64,000 nt of DNA. It comes from Alphaproteobacteria bacterium (GTDB lineage: Bacteria > Pseudomonadota > Alphaproteobacteria > CAAHEQ01 > UBA3637). The notes under the pieces are model-generated. The model did no database searches. It saw nothing but the letters and a program-made list of their open reading frames with translations, and was not told the origin of the DNA. Positions within the stretch are counted from its first letter, which is position 1. Every line of letters starts with the position of its first letter. Positions 10,432 to 19,995 of this stretch are shown here, piece by piece. Where the stretch lies: NCBI GenBank assembly GCA_045613285.1, contig JAZLAQ010000030.1:28290-92289 (forward strand), in the 5' to 3' direction. The translations under genes and the position numbers were made by a program.

Positions 10432-11424
10432 TTATTTTAAAGTTTTCTTCTTACTTTTTTTTATTTGCCGCCATTTTTCAACATTTTTTTGATGTTCTTC
10501 ATAGGTCTTTGCAAAAACATGTCCACCTTTGCCATTAGCAACGAAATAAATATCATCCGTATCCATCGGATTTAAAACTGCTTCTAAAGCAGCTCGTCCA
10601 GGGTTACTGATGGGTCCTTCTGGTAAACCATAAATAACATAGGTATTATAAGGGCTATCATACTTTAAATCTTTATATGTTAAACTTCTATTTAAATCCA
10701 ATTTACCATCTGTAATTGCATAAATAACTGTCGGATCAGACTGTAAACGAATACGTTTTTTTAAACGATTATAAAAAACAGATGCGATATGGGAACGTTC
10801 ATCAGCTTTTCCTGTTTCTTTTTCAACAACAGAAGCTAAAATGACAGCCTCATTCATTGATTTTAGTGGTACATTTTTAGAGCGTTTTTCCCATAATTCC
10901 AGTATGGTTTTGGACATTGCCTCTTTCATACGTTTAACTAAAGATTCTTTTGTATCACCAAAAGAATAATTATATGTTTCAGGTAATAAAGAACCGTCTG
11001 GGGGGATATCTGTTACTTCCCCCGTCAAACCTTTATACTTATCCATCAAAGCGATGATTTGGGCTGATGTCATTCCCTCTGGAGCAATAAAACGACGGGC
11101 AACAGTTTGTCCTTCCGTTAAAATATTCATGACCAACTTTGGACTCGCATGACGGGGAAAACTGTATTCCCCCGCTTGAATTTTTTCAGCATTTCCATTC
11201 GCACGAACACCTAATTCAAAGATTGAAGTACTTTCTATAACATTTTCTTTTTTAAGTAAATTTGCTATTTGTTTTAATCCTTTCCCTTTGGGTATCAGAA
11301 CTTCTTTTGCCTCCACTAACGGACCATCTTCAACAAAACGGGAATAGGTCGTTAAAACACTTCCTCCGATTAAAGATACTCCGATAAAAAACAAAAAAAA
11401 GTAAATTAAAACACTTTGACGCAT
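10432..11424 (-). CDS. mltG: Endolytic murein transglycosylase MltG/YceG (330 aa)
   Basis: N-terminal TM anchor followed by a YceG-like domain. Sits directly downstream of fabF, the fabF-yceG arrangement being common in Proteobacteria. Confidence 0.85.
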   Translation of the reverse strand: MRQSVLIYFFLFFIGVSLIGGSVLTTYSRFVEDGPLVEAKEVLIPKGKGLKQIANLLKKENVIESTSIFELGVRANGNAEKIQAGEYSFPRHASPKLVMNILTEGQTVARRFIAPEGMTSAQIIALMDKYKGLTGEVTDIPPDGSLLPETYNYSFGDTKESLVKRMKEAMSKTILELWEKRSKNVPLKSMNEAVILASVVEKETGKADERSHIASVFYNRLKKRIRLQSDPTVIYAITDGKLDLNRSLTYKDLKYDSPYNTYVIYGLPEGPISNPGRAALEAVLNPMDTDDIYFVANGKGGHVFAKTYEEHQKNVEKWRQIKKSKKKTLK

Positions 11425-11428
11425 TTAC

Positions 11429-12679
11429 CTAAACTTTCCGGAAAATAACAGTTCCGTTTGTTCCTCCAAAACCAAAGGAATTGGACAAGGCTACCCGTAC
11501 CTGTTTTTCTTTTGCGACATTCGGTACCAAATCAAAACCAGCCGTTTCTTCTTCCGGATTTTCCAAATTGATTGTTGGTGGTAAAATATTATTCTGCATT
11601 GCTAATAAAGTATAAACAGCTTCCGCAGCACCAGCTGCCCCCAGTAAGTGTCCTGTACAAGATTTTGTAGAAGACATAGAAACATTTGTTTGACCAAAAA
11701 TTTCTTTAACTGCACGGAACTCAACCATATCACCTGCAGGTGTTGATGTTCCATGAGCATTAATATAATCTACTTCTTCCGGATTTATTTGTGCATTTTT
11801 CAAAGCCAATTTCATAGCCCGTAATCCACCATTGCCACCTGGTGCAGTAATGTGATAGGCATCACCAGTCATTGCAGCACCGATAACTTCACCATAAATT
11901 TTAGCACCGCGTGCTTTTGCATGTTCGTATTCTTCTAAAACCAAAGCTGCTGCCCCTTCCCCCATAACAAAACCATCACGGTTTTTATCCCAAGGACGAC
12001 TTGCTTTTTCCGGTGTGTCATTATAATGTGTTGACAAAGCACGAGCCTGCATAAAGCCACCAACACCACATGGACAAACAGCTGCTTCAGCACCACCAGC
12101 CAACATAACATCGGCTTCATTATTTTTAATTAAACGTACAGCATCACCAATAGCGTGTGTTCCCGTCGCACATGCAGTTACAACAGCATGATTAGGACCT
12201 TTAAAATTATACTTGATGGATACATGTCCTGAAATGAGATTGATCAAAGCAGACGGAATAAAAAATGGAGATAAGCGATGTGGTCCTTGTTTTTCGATTG
12301 TTAAAGAACCGTTTGCAATTGTTTGAACTCCACCGATACCAGACCCCATTAAAATACCGCTTCGTTCGGCTTCTTCTTCGGTATTCGGTTTATAACCAGA
12401 ATCCTCCATAGCTTCAGTTGCAGCGGCTATTCCGTATAAAATAAAAGGGTCAACATGCCGTTGTTCTTTTGGAGATAAGATTAAATCTGGTTGAAAAGCA
12501 CCTTCTTCTTCTCCCTTCGGAATCTGTCCAGCAATTTGAGCATTATAATCTGTCGGATCAAAATAATGAATACGGGAAATTCCCGACACACCGGCAATTA
12601 ACTTTTTCCAATTTGCTTTTACACCAAAACCCAATGGGGACAATATACCCATCCCGGTTACAACTACACGTCTTGTCAT
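11429..12679 (-). CDS. fabF: 3-oxoacyl-ACP synthase II (KAS II). The likely true start is Met17 of the track ORF, giving 416 aa.
   Basis: MTRRVVVTGMG N-terminus, active-site Cys region (ACATGTHAIG) and the His/His (HGTSTPAGD, GHLLGAAG) KAS motifs. An AGGAG SD lies 7 nt upstream of the ATG at 12679. The track ORF (to 12727) is over-extended. Confidence 0.9.
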   Translation of the reverse strand: MTRRVVVTGMGILSPLGFGVKANWKKLIAGVSGISRIHYFDPTDYNAQIAGQIPKGEEEGAFQPDLILSPKEQRHVDPFILYGIAAATEAMEDSGYKPNTEEEAERSGILMGSGIGGVQTIANGSLTIEKQGPHRLSPFFIPSALINLISGHVSIKYNFKGPNHAVVTACATGTHAIGDAVRLIKNNEADVMLAGGAEAAVCPCGVGGFMQARALSTHYNDTPEKASRPWDKNRDGFVMGEGAAALVLEEYEHAKARGAKIYGEVIGAAMTGDAYHITAPGGNGGLRAMKLALKNAQINPEEVDYINAHGTSTPAGDMVEFRAVKEIFGQTNVSMSSTKSCTGHLLGAAGAAEAVYTLLAMQNNILPPTINLENPEEETAGFDLVPNVAKEKQVRVALSNSFGFGGTNGTVIFRKV

Positions 12680-12780
12680 TCTGAAACTCCTAAAATTAAG
12701 AAAATAAATAAAATTTAAGGAACGCAACCTTTTGAGACAAAAGATACAATTGCGTTCCTCAGATAAACTCTAACAGCTGA

Positions 12781-13014
12781 TTAAGCTTGCTTTTCAATAA
12801 AGTCTATTGCATCTTTCACTGTACGAATTTTTTCGGCAGCATCATCCGGAATAGAACATCCGAATTCTTCTTCAAATGCCATAACCAATTCAACTGTATC
12901 CAAACTGTCCGCACCTAAATCATCAATAAAACTTGCATTATCTTGAACTTTGGCTTCATCAACACCCAAATGTTCAACAACAATTTTTTTGACGCGTTCA
13001 GCAATATTACTCAT
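12781..13014 (-). CDS. acpP: Acyl carrier protein (77 aa)
   Basis: [19 protein letters not shown] phosphopantetheine-attachment motif. Confidence 0.9.
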   Translation of the reverse strand: MSNIAERVKKIVVEHLGVDEAKVQDNASFIDDLGADSLDTVELVMAFEEEFGCSIPDDAAEKIRTVKDAIDFIEKQA

Positions 13015-13184
13015 TTTTATATTTCCTTTCTTAATAATTATATTTTGTCATTTCTGACGAAATCGGACAAGTTTTAACATATTTTTTTAATCCTGTCCAG
13101 TATTTTTTTACTTTTTTCGTAAAAAAAGAAAAGATTTTATTAAATTTCAAATACTTATCTTTTCATTTTTTTACTTTAAAGTAA

Positions 13185-13922
13185 TTAAATCATAGCCATT
13201 CCACCGTTTACGTTGAGGGTTTGGCCAGTGATATAAGAGGCTTCATCACTTGCCAAAAAGACCACTGCATTTGCGATATCTTCCGGCAATCCTAATCTTC
13301 CCATCGGAATTTTTTGAGACAAAGCCTGCTTAGCCGATTCAGGCAAAACATCTGTCATCGGCGTTTTAATAAAGCCAGGGGCAACACAGTTAATTGTAAT
13401 ACCGCGACCGGCTAATTCTTGAGCCATACATTTAGACATAGCGATCAAACCTCCTTTGGATGCGCCATAATTCGCCTGACCAGCATTTCCCATCACACCC
13501 ACAACAGAAGCCATATTGATAATCCGTCCATAACGGCGTTTCATCATACCGGCTACAACGGCTCGAGATAACCGAAAAGCAGCCGTCAAATTAATATCCA
13601 AAACTTTCTGCCACTGTTCGTCTGTCATTCTCATAGAAAGACCATCCTTTGTTATACCGGCATTATTCACCAGAATATCAATTTTACCCATGTCTGTTTC
13701 TGCTTGTTTAACCAATTCTTTTAAGTCTTCATCATCTGTAATATTTGCCGAATAGACAAATACATTTTCACCAAGCTCCGCCTGAAAAGCTTTCAACACC
13801 TCGATATTCATATCCGTTAAAGCTAATGTTGCCCCCAAAGCGTGTAATCTTTTGGCAATTTCACGACCAATACCACCGGTTGCACCTGTTAAAAGAACGG
13901 TTTTGCCTTTAAAATCAAACAT
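13185..13922 (-). CDS. fabG: 3-oxoacyl-ACP reductase (245 aa, SDR family)
   Basis: TGATGGIG Rossmann motif, NNAG and a YxxxK catalytic pair (YGASKGG). Sits upstream of acpP-fabF. Confidence 0.9.
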   Translation of the reverse strand: MFDFKGKTVLLTGATGGIGREIAKRLHALGATLALTDMNIEVLKAFQAELGENVFVYSANITDDEDLKELVKQAETDMGKIDILVNNAGITKDGLSMRMTDEQWQKVLDINLTAAFRLSRAVVAGMMKRRYGRIINMASVVGVMGNAGQANYGASKGGLIAMSKCMAQELAGRGITINCVAPGFIKTPMTDVLPESAKQALSQKIPMGRLGLPEDIANAVVFLASDEASYITGQTLNVNGGMAMI

Positions 13923-13992
13923 TTAATTCTCCTTTTCGTTTTTTTTACATTTATTTTTATAGCACTTTTATTTAAAAATTGCAAGATATATC

Positions 13993-14964
13993 CTAAAACC
14001 AATGCCATTTTTTAAATAAATACCAAATAAAAAATCCAATAAGACAAATACTTAAAGTAATAAATAAAAATCCTGTTTTATGTTCTGATAAGGGGATACC
14101 CCCTAAATTCATTCCAAAAATTCCCGTTAAAAAAGTAAGTGGTAAAAAAATCCCGGCGATAACAGATAGGATATACGTATTACGTTGATTTTTTCTGTCT
14201 TCCTGATGAATTAGAACATCTTGATTAATACGAATCCTTTTTTCAAGCATATCAATATCATCAACGATTCGGCATATACGCAAATAATTATCGCGAAAAG
14301 ATTGTGCTGTTTCAGGTTTAAACCACAGCACACCATGTCTGTTCAAATTATCCAACACATTTCTTTCAGGGAAAATAAAACGGCGAATATTTAAAACCTG
14401 TCGTAATAATTCAGACAATGTTTCATAAGCATTTATTTGAAAATCCTCTTTTATCAGAGAATCTTCTATTTTATCTACTTTTTCTTCTATTCTTAAAATT
14501 GTATCTACAACATTATCCAGAGTCTGTTCCAAGATGACAGATATAAAATCACCAATATATTTAGGTGGTTCATCTTCGGACAAAAGATGATTTATTTCAT
14601 TTAAATTCAATACTTTTTTAAACTCTGTCGTCAATAATAAATTTTCACTTGCATAAACTTTCAGGAAAAACAGCGAATCCATATCTTCCAGCTGATCAGA
14701 AAAAGAGCGTAGAATTATAAAAAAATCTTTTAAAGGACGATAAAAACGAACATCAATTAGATTAATATCAGATAATTTTGATTTTATGAAAACAGATAAA
14801 GTTTTTTGTTGCTGTAGCCATTTATACGACTTTTTATCCAACAAATTCAAATGAACCCATATCTGTTTATAATTTTTTTTTAATTCACTTAAACCGGCTA
14901 TCGGAACTTGCCGAAAGCCTTTTTGTCCGTCATTTACATAAACAATAATAGATGATGACTTCAT
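13993..14964 (-). CDS. CorA-family divalent cation (Mg2+/Co2+/Zn2+) channel. The likely start is at 14964, giving ~323 aa.
   Basis: Two C-terminal TM helices with the signature GMN motif (IFGMNLGG). A GAGGGAG SD sits upstream of the ATG at 14964. The track start at 15009 adds an unlikely hydrophobic leader. Confidence 0.75.
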   Translation of the reverse strand: MKSSSIIVYVNDGQKGFRQVPIAGLSELKKNYKQIWVHLNLLDKKSYKWLQQQKTLSVFIKSKLSDINLIDVRFYRPLKDFFIILRSFSDQLEDMDSLFFLKVYASENLLLTTEFKKVLNLNEINHLLSEDEPPKYIGDFISVILEQTLDNVVDTILRIEEKVDKIEDSLIKEDFQINAYETLSELLRQVLNIRRFIFPERNVLDNLNRHGVLWFKPETAQSFRDNYLRICRIVDDIDMLEKRIRINQDVLIHQEDRKNQRNTYILSVIAGIFLPLTFLTGIFGMNLGGIPLSEHKTGFLFITLSICLIGFFIWYLFKKWHWF

Positions 14965-15067
14965 TATTCTCCCTCTATATTGATTTAGAACAAAAAAGAA
15001 AAAACACAAGCAAATTCCTTGATTTTTTTAAAAAAATAGTAGATACTATCAAAAAAAGGAGAATAAA

Positions 15068-15925
15068 ATGCCATTTGATTTTAAAATAACAATACCCCAA
15101 ACCGCCCTTCCCGTTTTCGAAGATTCATTATCAGAAGTTGCCGGTGCTGTTTTAACACGTTTACTTGAAAAAGGTCCAAAAGCTGGTCTTTGGGAACTGC
15201 AAGCCATTTTTGAAGAAAAACCAGACACAAAAAACATTAAACAGATTTTATCTTATGCTGCACAACAAACGCAGATCAAAACACCTTGTTGTCATATCAA
15301 ACAGATGCCGGACATCAACTGGTTAGAAGCAAGTTATCAAGGATTTCCACCTATTTCTGTCGGAAATTATTTTATTTATGGTTCCCATATTACAGAAACT
15401 TTACCAACGGATAAAATTACCTTAAAAATAGATGCGGCGACAGCCTTCGGAACAGGAGAACACCAAACCACACATGGTTGTTTACAGGCCTTAAATGATT
15501 TAGAGAAAATACCTGAAACCGTTTTGGATGTCGGGTGTGGTTCGGGTATTTTAGGTATGGCTTTTGCCAAAACTTATCAGAAAAAAGTTGATGCTGTTGA
15601 CATTGATCCTGAATCGGTACGTGTTACCATTGATAATGCTAAAAACAACGGATTAGATGATTTACTAACCGTTTGGCAAAGCGATGGTTATAAAAAAGTC
15701 GAAAACAAATATGATCTTATTTTCTGTAATATATTGGCACAACCTTTGATTGATATGGCAAATGATTTGAGCAATCACTTAAAGAAAGGTGGGATTGCTA
15801 TTTTATCTGGTTTTTTAAACAATCAGGAAAATTGGGTTAAAAAAGCTCATTTAGAAGTTGGTTTAACTTTTGTGAAACATTATCGTATCAACGGATGGTC
15901 TACATTGGTCATGATAAAGGATTAA
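15068..15925 (+). CDS. prmA: Ribosomal protein L11 methyltransferase (285 aa)
   Basis: SAM-binding motif LDVGCGSGILGMA, PrmA-like length and C-terminal layout. Confidence 0.85.
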   Translation: MPFDFKITIPQTALPVFEDSLSEVAGAVLTRLLEKGPKAGLWELQAIFEEKPDTKNIKQILSYAAQQTQIKTPCCHIKQMPDINWLEASYQGFPPISVGNYFIYGSHITETLPTDKITLKIDAATAFGTGEHQTTHGCLQALNDLEKIPETVLDVGCGSGILGMAFAKTYQKKVDAVDIDPESVRVTIDNAKNNGLDDLLTVWQSDGYKKVENKYDLIFCNILAQPLIDMANDLSNHLKKGGIAILSGFLNNQENWVKKAHLEVGLTFVKHYRINGWSTLVMIKD

Positions 15926-15926
15926 A

Positions 15927-17558
15927 ATGCAGAAACAAATCAGAAATTTTTTGAAAGAACAAAATCTGGATGCTTTACTGATAACTCGTACCGATTCGTT
16001 TTTAGGTGAATATTATCCTCCTGAAAAAAAGCAGTTGGAAAAAGCAACAGGTTTCACCGGTTCTGCAGGTTTAGCTTTATTTACAAAAGATAAATCTGTT
16101 TTATTTGTTGATTCTCGCTATACGGAACAGGCAAAAATAGAAACAGATATGTCTGTATACGAAATTCCAACTCAAACAACTGTATCAGCTTGGATACAAA
16201 AAAATCTACCAAAAGCCCATATCGGATATAATCCATGGCAAAGATCGGTTAGTTGGGTTGAGTTTATGAATACCAAAGATATCAATTTAGCTCCTGTTGA
16301 AGAAAAAAAATGGGAAACCTTGTTTCCATCAGATGCTGATAAATCAGACCATATATTTGATTATAATGAGTTTTGCGGGGAAACAACCGTTTCAAAAATT
16401 CAGAAAGTTATTCAGTTTATAAAACAAGAAGATTTGGATGCCTATATTTTCACATCACCTGATAGTGTGTCCTGGTTATTAAATAAAAGAAATAAGGCTA
16501 TACCGGAGTATCCCGTTATTTTTACCCGTTTAGTTGTTTGGAAGGATGGTACATATCAAGAGTTAACATCTGATTTTCAATTCAATAATATAAAAATCGG
16601 TATAGATATAAACGAAACCCCTATGGCGTTGTTTTCCTTTTTGCAACAGAATGCAACTATCAAGCATATTCCGGATATTGTCCAAGAATTAAAAGCCGTT
16701 AAAAATGCAACTGAATGTCAAAATATCCGCCAGACTTGTTTCTATGAAAGTCAGGTTATTTGCCGTTTTTTGGCGTGGATCGAGCAAAATAAAGAGACTA
16801 TTGACGAGTTAGCCTGCGATAAAAAATTAAAGGAATTAAGGACGGAAAATACGTTCTATATCGGGGACAGTTTTGATACGATTGCTGCTGTGGGAGAACA
16901 TGCTGCTCGGGCCCATTATCAAGCAACAAAAGAAACAAATGTACCGATAACATCCGCATCAATACTTTTAGTTGATACAGGTGGTAATTACCTGACTGGT
17001 ACAACGGATATGACGCGAACTATTTATATAGCAGAACCTACTCCTATTATTAAAAAAAGATACACACAAGTATTAAAGGGTCATATTGCATTGGCAACAA
17101 CTTCTGTAAAAGAAGGAGATACGCCGGTACAGTTAGATAAAAATGCCCGTCAATTTTTACGAAATGATGGTGTTGATTACGGTCATTCAACTGGTCACGG
17201 TATCGGTATGCTTTTAAGTGTTCACGAAGCGCCTCCATATATATACGAAAAATCGGAAACACCTCTAAAAGCAGGTATGTTGTTTTCAAATGAGCCCGCT
17301 TTCTATGATGCAAAGGAAGGATACGGAATTCGATTGGAAAATATGATTTTAACGGATAAAGGGCCAGATGATACCTTGATCTTGGAAAACTTGCTTTGGA
17401 TACCTTTTGATGGAAGATTGGTTGATTTTGACTTACTGACGACCGAAGAAAAAAAATGGTTAAAATCATATCATAATGCGATTCGTGTTCGTATATTACC
17501 TAATCTGTCACGACAAGAGCAAGAAACCTTAATTCCTTTACTTGACTTTTTTGACTAA
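15927..17558 (+). CDS. pepP: Xaa-Pro aminopeptidase (M24B family, long form with N-terminal creatinase-like domains; 543 aa)
   Basis: M24 metal-ligand motifs DTGGNY...D, HSTGHGIG, ...E...E (NEPAFY, RLENM). Starts 2 nt after the prmA stop. Confidence 0.8.
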   Translation: MQKQIRNFLKEQNLDALLITRTDSFLGEYYPPEKKQLEKATGFTGSAGLALFTKDKSVLFVDSRYTEQAKIETDMSVYEIPTQTTVSAWIQKNLPKAHIGYNPWQRSVSWVEFMNTKDINLAPVEEKKWETLFPSDADKSDHIFDYNEFCGETTVSKIQKVIQFIKQEDLDAYIFTSPDSVSWLLNKRNKAIPEYPVIFTRLVVWKDGTYQELTSDFQFNNIKIGIDINETPMALFSFLQQNATIKHIPDIVQELKAVKNATECQNIRQTCFYESQVICRFLAWIEQNKETIDELACDKKLKELRTENTFYIGDSFDTIAAVGEHAARAHYQATKETNVPITSASILLVDTGGNYLTGTTDMTRTIYIAEPTPIIKKRYTQVLKGHIALATTSVKEGDTPVQLDKNARQFLRNDGVDYGHSTGHGIGMLLSVHEAPPYIYEKSETPLKAGMLFSNEPAFYDAKEGYGIRLENMILTDKGPDDTLILENLLWIPFDGRLVDFDLLTTEEKKWLKSYHNAIRVRILPNLSRQEQETLIPLLDFFD

Positions 17559-17576
17559 ATATAATAAAATGGGCGT

Positions 17577-18062
17577 ATGACAAAAATATTGATAACAACT
17601 GGACCGGTCGCAACAAATCGTAAAGCTCACTTTAACTATACGATTTTGGAAACTTTTGTTGCCGGTATTGTTTTAACCGGTGGAGAAGTAAAATCCCTGC
17701 GGGCGGGACATGCAACTATCAATGAAAGTTATGCTTCCTTTGAACAAGACGGTTTTTGCCTTATCAATATGCATATTATGGATTACGGGGCAGCAAAAGG
17801 CGGTTTTATCAAGCAGGTTGCCAGTCGCCCAAAACAATTACTTCTTCGCAAAAAAGAGTTAAAACAAATACAAGATGCCTTAAATAAAAAAGGACTGACA
17901 GTTGTTCCTCTGGAATTATTTTTTAATGATAGAGGTCTTGCTAAAGTTAAAATCGGAATTGCCAAAGGTAAAAATCTGGTTGACAAGCGTGAAACCGTTA
18001 AAAAAAGGGATTGGAACAAAGAAAAAAGAAGGATTTTAGCACATTATAACAGTGGTAAATAA
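17577..18062 (+). CDS. smpB: SsrA-binding protein SmpB (161 aa)
   Basis: Conserved SmpB core (NRKAHFNY, LTGGEVKSLR) and a basic C-terminal tail. Confidence 0.9.
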   Translation: MTKILITTGPVATNRKAHFNYTILETFVAGIVLTGGEVKSLRAGHATINESYASFEQDGFCLINMHIMDYGAAKGGFIKQVASRPKQLLLRKKELKQIQDALNKKGLTVVPLELFFNDRGLAKVKIGIAKGKNLVDKRETVKKRDWNKEKRRILAHYNSGK

Positions 18063-18101
18063 TTGAAAATATTGTGTTTTATTTTTTTATCGAAAAAATA
18101 T

Positions 18102-18130
18102 TTGACTTTTGTCAACTTTTGTTGTAAAAT
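18102..18130 (+). promoter_or_regulatory. Sigma70-type promoter (TTGACT, 17-nt spacer, TAAAAT) for the His-rich exported-protein cassette
   Basis: Read directly: TTGACT at 18102-18107, a 17-nt spacer, TAAAAT at 18125-18130, then AAGGAGG at 18151-18157 and the ATG at 18166. Confidence 0.5.
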
Positions 18131-18165
18131 AAAGAAACAACTGAAACTAAAAGGAGGAAAAAGAA

Positions 18166-18390
18166 ATGATAAAAAAAATAATGATTATTGGTGGTCTGTT
18201 TGGTTTAACCGGCTGTGCTGGTTATCAGGAATATTACGGACACAATGAACCCACGACCATTATCCCAACACAACCCGTTTCACAAACAATTGTTCAACCG
18301 GCTGCGGTCCTAGCCCCTGCCCCTATGATTATTGTGCCAACTCGTAACTATTGGTTCAGACACCGTCATCATCATCATCACTGCAGATAA
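18166..18390 (+). CDS. Small lipoprotein with a C-terminal histidine cluster (74 aa)
   Basis: Lipobox LTGC after a hydrophobic leader. C-terminus WFRHRHHHHHCR, encoded by (CAT)4CAC. Confidence 0.5.
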   Translation: MIKKIMIIGGLFGLTGCAGYQEYYGHNEPTTIIPTQPVSQTIVQPAAVLAPAPMIIVPTRNYWFRHRHHHHHCR

Positions 18391-18426
18391 TTTTAACAAC
18401 ATCTTAATTTTAAAAGGAGAATAATT

Positions 18427-18924
18427 ATGAATACATTTAAAAAAACAATTTTAACCTTATGTGCCATTGCTGCCATTGCTTTAACACCGACACAATCAGA
18501 GGCACGCCGTCATCATTATCATGGTGGTTTCCGTGGTCATCATCATTACTCTCACCACCACCATCATAGTTTTTGGGGACGTGGTGGTCGCCATTTCTGG
18601 CCTGGTTTCGTAGGTGGTATTGTTGGCGGTACTTTGTTAAGAGGATATACAACGCCTATTTACACAGCACCTGTTGTCTATTCAACGCCTGTTGTAACAA
18701 CTCCAACAGTTCAATATGTACAACAACAACCAGTTTATACAACAAGTCGACAACCTCAAGTAATTTATGTCAATTCTACAACAGAACAGGCGAAACAAGT
18801 AACAACGGAACAACCAAGACAGCAAGAAACAATCGTTTTGGAAGGTCCTGTTACCATTCAAAAGAATAATAGCGGGGATATTATTTTAAGACAAGCCCAA
18901 CAACAAAATGTTCAAACACGATAA
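18427..18924 (+). CDS. Secreted His/Gly-rich protein with a Y/T/P/V/Q-rich low-complexity region (165 aa)
   Basis: Signal peptide (MNTFKKTILTLCAIAAIALTPTQSEA), then RRHHYHGGFRGHHHYSHHHHHSFWGRGGRHFW, then repeats of TP(V/I)(V)Y(S/T)T. AAGGAG SD upstream. Confidence 0.55.
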   Translation: MNTFKKTILTLCAIAAIALTPTQSEARRHHYHGGFRGHHHYSHHHHHSFWGRGGRHFWPGFVGGIVGGTLLRGYTTPIYTAPVVYSTPVVTTPTVQYVQQQPVYTTSRQPQVIYVNSTTEQAKQVTTEQPRQQETIVLEGPVTIQKNNSGDIILRQAQQQNVQTR

Positions 18925-18935
18925 GGAATAACAAA

Positions 18936-19781
18936 ATGAAGACATTAAAATACGTCGCCAGTTTGGCAATAATGGGTACTTTGGTCGGTTGTCAGACGAT
19001 GCCACGGGGTGATATGGAGATGGCCGATAAAGCCAATAAAAGTTTAGCTACAGAAATTGATGCTTTAAAAAATCATCCAAATGCTAAATATAACTATGTT
19101 CGTAAAACAACCGCAGAAGGTGAACAAATCCAAGGACATATTGAATATACAGACAAAAATCTGGGAACAGTTAAAAAAACATTTTCCACCGATGAAAAAG
19201 GTGTCTTTTCTATGACAGAAACCGTTCAAAAAGGATACAATACTCCCTTTGAACAAAATGGTCCTTTGGCAAAAAAAACAGTTGGAATTAAAGTTGAAAA
19301 ATCCGCTTTAACGGATGGTATTTATGCTGGCACTTTAATTCGTGACACTGAAAATACCCGTAAAATTATTGCATCCAATGTCAAAGCAGTGGAAGTCATT
19401 CCTTTTGCTATGGGATATGATTTAAATAAATTTGTTGGTAAAAATGCATATACTTCTAACACTGTTTATGCTGTTGCTGATGATTACAATTTAACTGCTA
19501 TCAAACCGGTGGAAGGTCCTGTCTACGCTAATTTGGCACGAAAAGAACCGACATTTTTTGTCTTATCAGGAAAAGATTTGGTTTCAGTTCCTTATTCTTT
19601 AGGTTCTGTTACTGGTTCTAACGAAGCAAAAGCTTTTGCAAAAGACGGTTCTCTCTTCATTACACCGGCTTTACAAAATAAGCTGATTACAAAAAGTTTT
19701 GTTGATCGTAAAGTTATTTATAAAGAACAAAGAAAGAAAAGAATTCGGAATGTAAGAAAACTTTCCCGAGAAAGAAATTAG
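18936..19781 (+). CDS. Lipoprotein of unknown function (281 aa) with a basic C-terminal tail
   Basis: Lipobox LVGC. Lies 11 nt after the previous gene. C-terminal KEQRKKRIRNVRKLSRERN. Confidence 0.55.
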   Translation: MKTLKYVASLAIMGTLVGCQTMPRGDMEMADKANKSLATEIDALKNHPNAKYNYVRKTTAEGEQIQGHIEYTDKNLGTVKKTFSTDEKGVFSMTETVQKGYNTPFEQNGPLAKKTVGIKVEKSALTDGIYAGTLIRDTENTRKIIASNVKAVEVIPFAMGYDLNKFVGKNAYTSNTVYAVADDYNLTAIKPVEGPVYANLARKEPTFFVLSGKDLVSVPYSLGSVTGSNEAKAFAKDGSLFITPALQNKLITKSFVDRKVIYKEQRKKRIRNVRKLSRERN

Positions 19782-19783
19782 AT

Positions 19784-19820
19784 AAAAAAACACCCTGTCA
19801 ATTGGCAGGGTGTTTTTTTG
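19784..19820 (+). terminator. Rho-independent terminator closing the three-gene exported-protein cassette
   Basis: AAAAAAACACCCTG, loop tcaattgg, CAGGGTGTTTTTTTG. A 7-bp GC-rich stem plus a T7 run. Confidence 0.7.
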
Positions 19821-19995
19821 TACAAAATGATTTTTTATATTTAAATACTTCTTTGATTCAAAAAATATATTGATTTATATTTAATATTGTTTATTATTCA
19901 TAATAATATAAAGCATTCTTAAAGTAATAAATTAAGGCTTCCTAATATCAAATCAGGAAACCTTAATTAAGTATTTATCTGTAAAAAAGTTTATA

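Noticed and set aside
13015-13184. The 170-nt AT-rich fabG-acpP spacer with an A/T palindrome as a possible regulatory element or small RNA
   Set aside because: The palindrome (CTTTTTTCG/TAAAAAAAG) is imperfect and AT-only. An internal acpP promoter or attenuator is commonly found here in other bacteria, but nothing sequence-specific can be asserted.
18062-18166. Possible tmRNA (ssrA) or tRNA next to smpB. I also scanned the other intergenic regions for tRNA-like sequence.
   Set aside because: The 104-nt spacer is too short for tmRNA and reads as a promoter plus SD. I found no GGTTCGAATCC-like T-arm or acceptor-stem patterns in any intergenic region. No RNA genes can be supported.
18368-18382. 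Poly-His codon repeat as a phase-variation (on/off) switch
   Set aside because: The repeats are triplets in frame, so slippage would change the His number rather than the reading frame. They are not a contingency-locus-type on/off switch.
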